Sequence record: SRR33789315_114
DNA: 40,833 bases
Strand: one strand, 5' to 3'
Part shown: piece after piece, positions 38,614 to 40,833 of the stretch
Layout: every line of letters begins with the position of its first letter
Position numbering within the stretch: the stretch's first letter is position 1
Position numbers and translations under genes: made by a program
The notes under the pieces: model-generated
Told to the model about the DNA's origin: nothing
The model's input: the letters and a program-made list of their open reading frames with translations, nothing else
Databases searched by the model: none

Positions 38614-40620
38614 TTACTTTTTAATAAATTTTTTGGTTACTATTTTTTTATTATTTGAAAATTTAACGATATATATTCCTGAATTTAAATAACTTATATT
38701 CAAATCTGTTCTTCCTAACTTCAAATCCTTTTTAGTAAACACTACTCTACCAGCAATATCATAAATAGCAATTTTGGAGTGGGAAGTGTATGCAGGGACC
38801 TCTACAAATAAGTGATCTGTCATCGGATTAGGATACATTTTTAAAGAAGAAAAACCTTCCCCCGAAGTTGATAATGCTTCGTCAACTATTATACGAAAGA
38901 CTTGATTGCTTCGTGCCCCGCAATCAGTTATATTGGTGGCGATAAAGGTACACGAACTGGTAGGAGTAAGTGTAAGAATTTGAGTTGTTCCTGAAACCTC
39001 GCAGCCAAACCAAGTCCACGTTCCTCCCGTAGTTTGCGGATTAAGGCTGATTTGATCTCCTGGTGCTATTGTAATGGCTGAAACGTTTTCCCAATTGCCT
39101 CCATTTACTTGTATATACGGAGAGATAACCGGAACCTCACACTCACTTCCATTTACTGTAAATACAAAATCTTGCGTAGTTTGTCCTCCACAATCATTGG
39201 TCAATATGGCGGTGGCCGTACATGAGTTGGTTGGGTAAAATACCTGCTCTCTATTAGATCCTGAGGTACCACAACCCACCCACTCCCAACTGCCTTCTAT
39301 AGGCTGGGGACCCAGCGCAACTTTATCACCAGCTTCAATAGTTGCAGAAGCCGCACTTTGCCACTCCCCATCATTGATTTGAAGATATGGGAATATTGTG
39401 GGTATATCACATCCTACTGCCAACTCCCAATACCTAAAATAATCTATTTCATAATAATTAGGAAAAGTACTATTTGCATCGGGAAAGCCTGCCCATGCGC
39501 CATTCCCATGAGAAAATATAGCATACATATCATAAAACTGATCGAAGAAATCGTGCCCCCACCATTGGTGGTCCCATTGGTTATCCAAATACCATATAAA
39601 GTCATTTTGCGCGCCGCTATCTTCAGAACCCATATAGAAACCAAAATTTCTAAAAGACTGATTAAATTCTGAAGCAACTGTAGTATATTGTTTAATGCTA
39701 CTGGCATTGCTTCCACTTTCATTGACGTAGTGAATGTTGTGAACAACTTCTGGAGTAGAGCTTAAATACTCCAGTATATCTATCTCTGGAGGCCAGCCTG
39801 AGCGTAATAACCAGAAAGCAGGCCATGTGCCTGTTGAGGCAGGCATTTTTAAACTGGCTTCCATATATCCGGGACGATGAATGCTGATCTTTTCAAAATT
39901 CTGAACCACACCAGCGATCCATTGAAGCTTGCCAAATATCTTCCATAATTCTTTATCTGAAGTTGAAGTAGTATTGACTATTATACCCGACTCGTCTTGG
40001 CTTAAATACATACCAGATTCTACATTCATAATAGTATACCACCCCTCATCCATACCTGTTAGAGTCCACTGTTGATCACTTGCTGAAGAAGCTGTTTGTT
40101 GTTTCAAATTAGCATCTGCACCACTTAGATAAAGCCCTGTACCCCTATTTTTAATTCGATAATCCATATCACTGATAAGTTCCAAAACCCATAGGGAAAA
40201 GTCCCAATTAGGGAATTCACCATAGGCTTCCTGTACTATCCCTGAACCTGAAGTAGCCTCTTCAGGATAGATATAAAGTGAATTCCCTTTATTCATTAAC
40301 CGGTAATTACTTTCGTTAGAATCTGGGTAATCTGCAGGAAACAGATTTTCACTATTTTTTAAGCGTAAAACGCCGTCCGCTACTTCAACATGGTTAGGAT
40401 GAATGTAATTATCACCACGTACTTCACCTCCTTGGTCATCTATGGTACCCCAATTGTAGTTTGTATTCCATTTAGTCTCATCAAGTTTATCTCCATCAAA
40501 GTTATCTTCCCATACCACCTCCCAATGATAGCCTGAAGGAGGAGATATTGGTGGTTTTTGTGCAAAAAGGGTCAAGGTGAACAAAATGAAACTAAGTAGC
40601 ACTGATTTTTGATTTTTCAT
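38614..40620 (-). CDS. Secreted GH16 glycoside hydrolase with inserted ricin-type domain, two Ig-like repeats and T9SS C-terminal domain
   Basis: WEDNFDG..LDETKW N-terminus, ricin-like block, GYMEASLKMP, WPAFWLL and WPPEIDILE; two PY(L/I)Q(I/V)N.G.W repeats; MYPNPM...LNSGIYIV...KKFIKK CTD. Confidence 0.9.
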   Translation of the reverse strand: MKNQKSVLLSFILFTLTLFAQKPPISPPSGYHWEVVWEDNFDGDKLDETKWNTNYNWGTIDDQGGEVRGDNYIHPNHVEVADGVLRLKNSENLFPADYPDSNESNYRLMNKGNSLYIYPEEATSGSGIVQEAYGEFPNWDFSLWVLELISDMDYRIKNRGTGLYLSGADANLKQQTASSASDQQWTLTGMDEGWYTIMNVESGMYLSQDESGIIVNTTSTSDKELWKIFGKLQWIAGVVQNFEKISIHRPGYMEASLKMPASTGTWPAFWLLRSGWPPEIDILEYLSSTPEVVHNIHYVNESGSNASSIKQYTTVASEFNQSFRNFGFYMGSEDSGAQNDFIWYLDNQWDHQWWGHDFFDQFYDMYAIFSHGNGAWAGFPDANSTFPNYYEIDYFRYWELAVGCDIPTIFPYLQINDGEWQSAASATIEAGDKVALGPQPIEGSWEWVGCGTSGSNREQVFYPTNSCTATAILTNDCGGQTTQDFVFTVNGSECEVPVISPYIQVNGGNWENVSAITIAPGDQISLNPQTTGGTWTWFGCEVSGTTQILTLTPTSSCTFIATNITDCGARSNQVFRIIVDEALSTSGEGFSSLKMYPNPMTDHLFVEVPAYTSHSKIAIYDIAGRVVFTKKDLKLGRTDLNISYLNSGIYIVKFSNNKKIVTKKFIKK

Positions 40621-40833
40621 AGCGTGTAATTTTTTAATTCATATAGCACTCTTTTTATATTAGATAGTGTAAAACATCCATAATATACCATTTATCTGTC
40701 TTTATGTGTTTTCATCGATCTACATCGATTGCGTAATTTTACCAAAGAACTATTATTTTATTAATAATTCCTTCCTTCATTTGTTATTCTCGTAATGATA
40801 AGGTATAGCTATAACTATACTCTTTATCTTCTA

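Noticed and set aside
2289-39746. Remaining short ORFs nested in or antisense to long genes (e.g. 13547-13840, 19317-19691, 39358-39672, 39444-39746)
   Set aside because: They overlap well-supported CDSs and lack independent coding signals.

Overview
AT-rich bacterial chromosomal segment whose gene content and promoter motifs (TAnnTTTG -7 boxes, T9SS C-terminal domains, GLPGLI remnant) point to a Flavobacteriaceae (Bacteroidota) genome. 1-17.2 kb is mostly housekeeping/stress genes: 5' part of dnaK, an ohrR-ohr-adh operon, a umuD/umuC pair with two GGA-N5-TCC SOS-like boxes, a TolB-like protein, panB, an RluA-family synthase, an EamA transporter and leuA-leuC-leuD-leuB. 17.2-23.2 kb is a decaying array of small co-oriented genes, five of them pseudogenes. 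They are separated by degenerate copies of one intergenic element, and the first gene is bounded by complementary GTTAGCACAC/GTGTGCTAAC ends, resembling an integron gene cassette. 25.7-36.1 kb holds the most interesting locus: a kinase remnant, a beta-propeller sensor histidine kinase, a six-GAF cytoplasmic histidine kinase, a stand-alone receiver, a receiver-fused class III nucleotide cyclase and a three-TM protein resembling the Pycsar membrane effector (PycTM/DUF5706). This looks like a phosphorelay-gated cyclic-nucleotide/membrane-effector module rather than a canonical two-gene Pycsar. The window ends with two T9SS-secreted GH16 enzymes, one with a ricin-type lectin inserted inside the catalytic domain. 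All family assignments come from motif recognition by eye; no searches were run.
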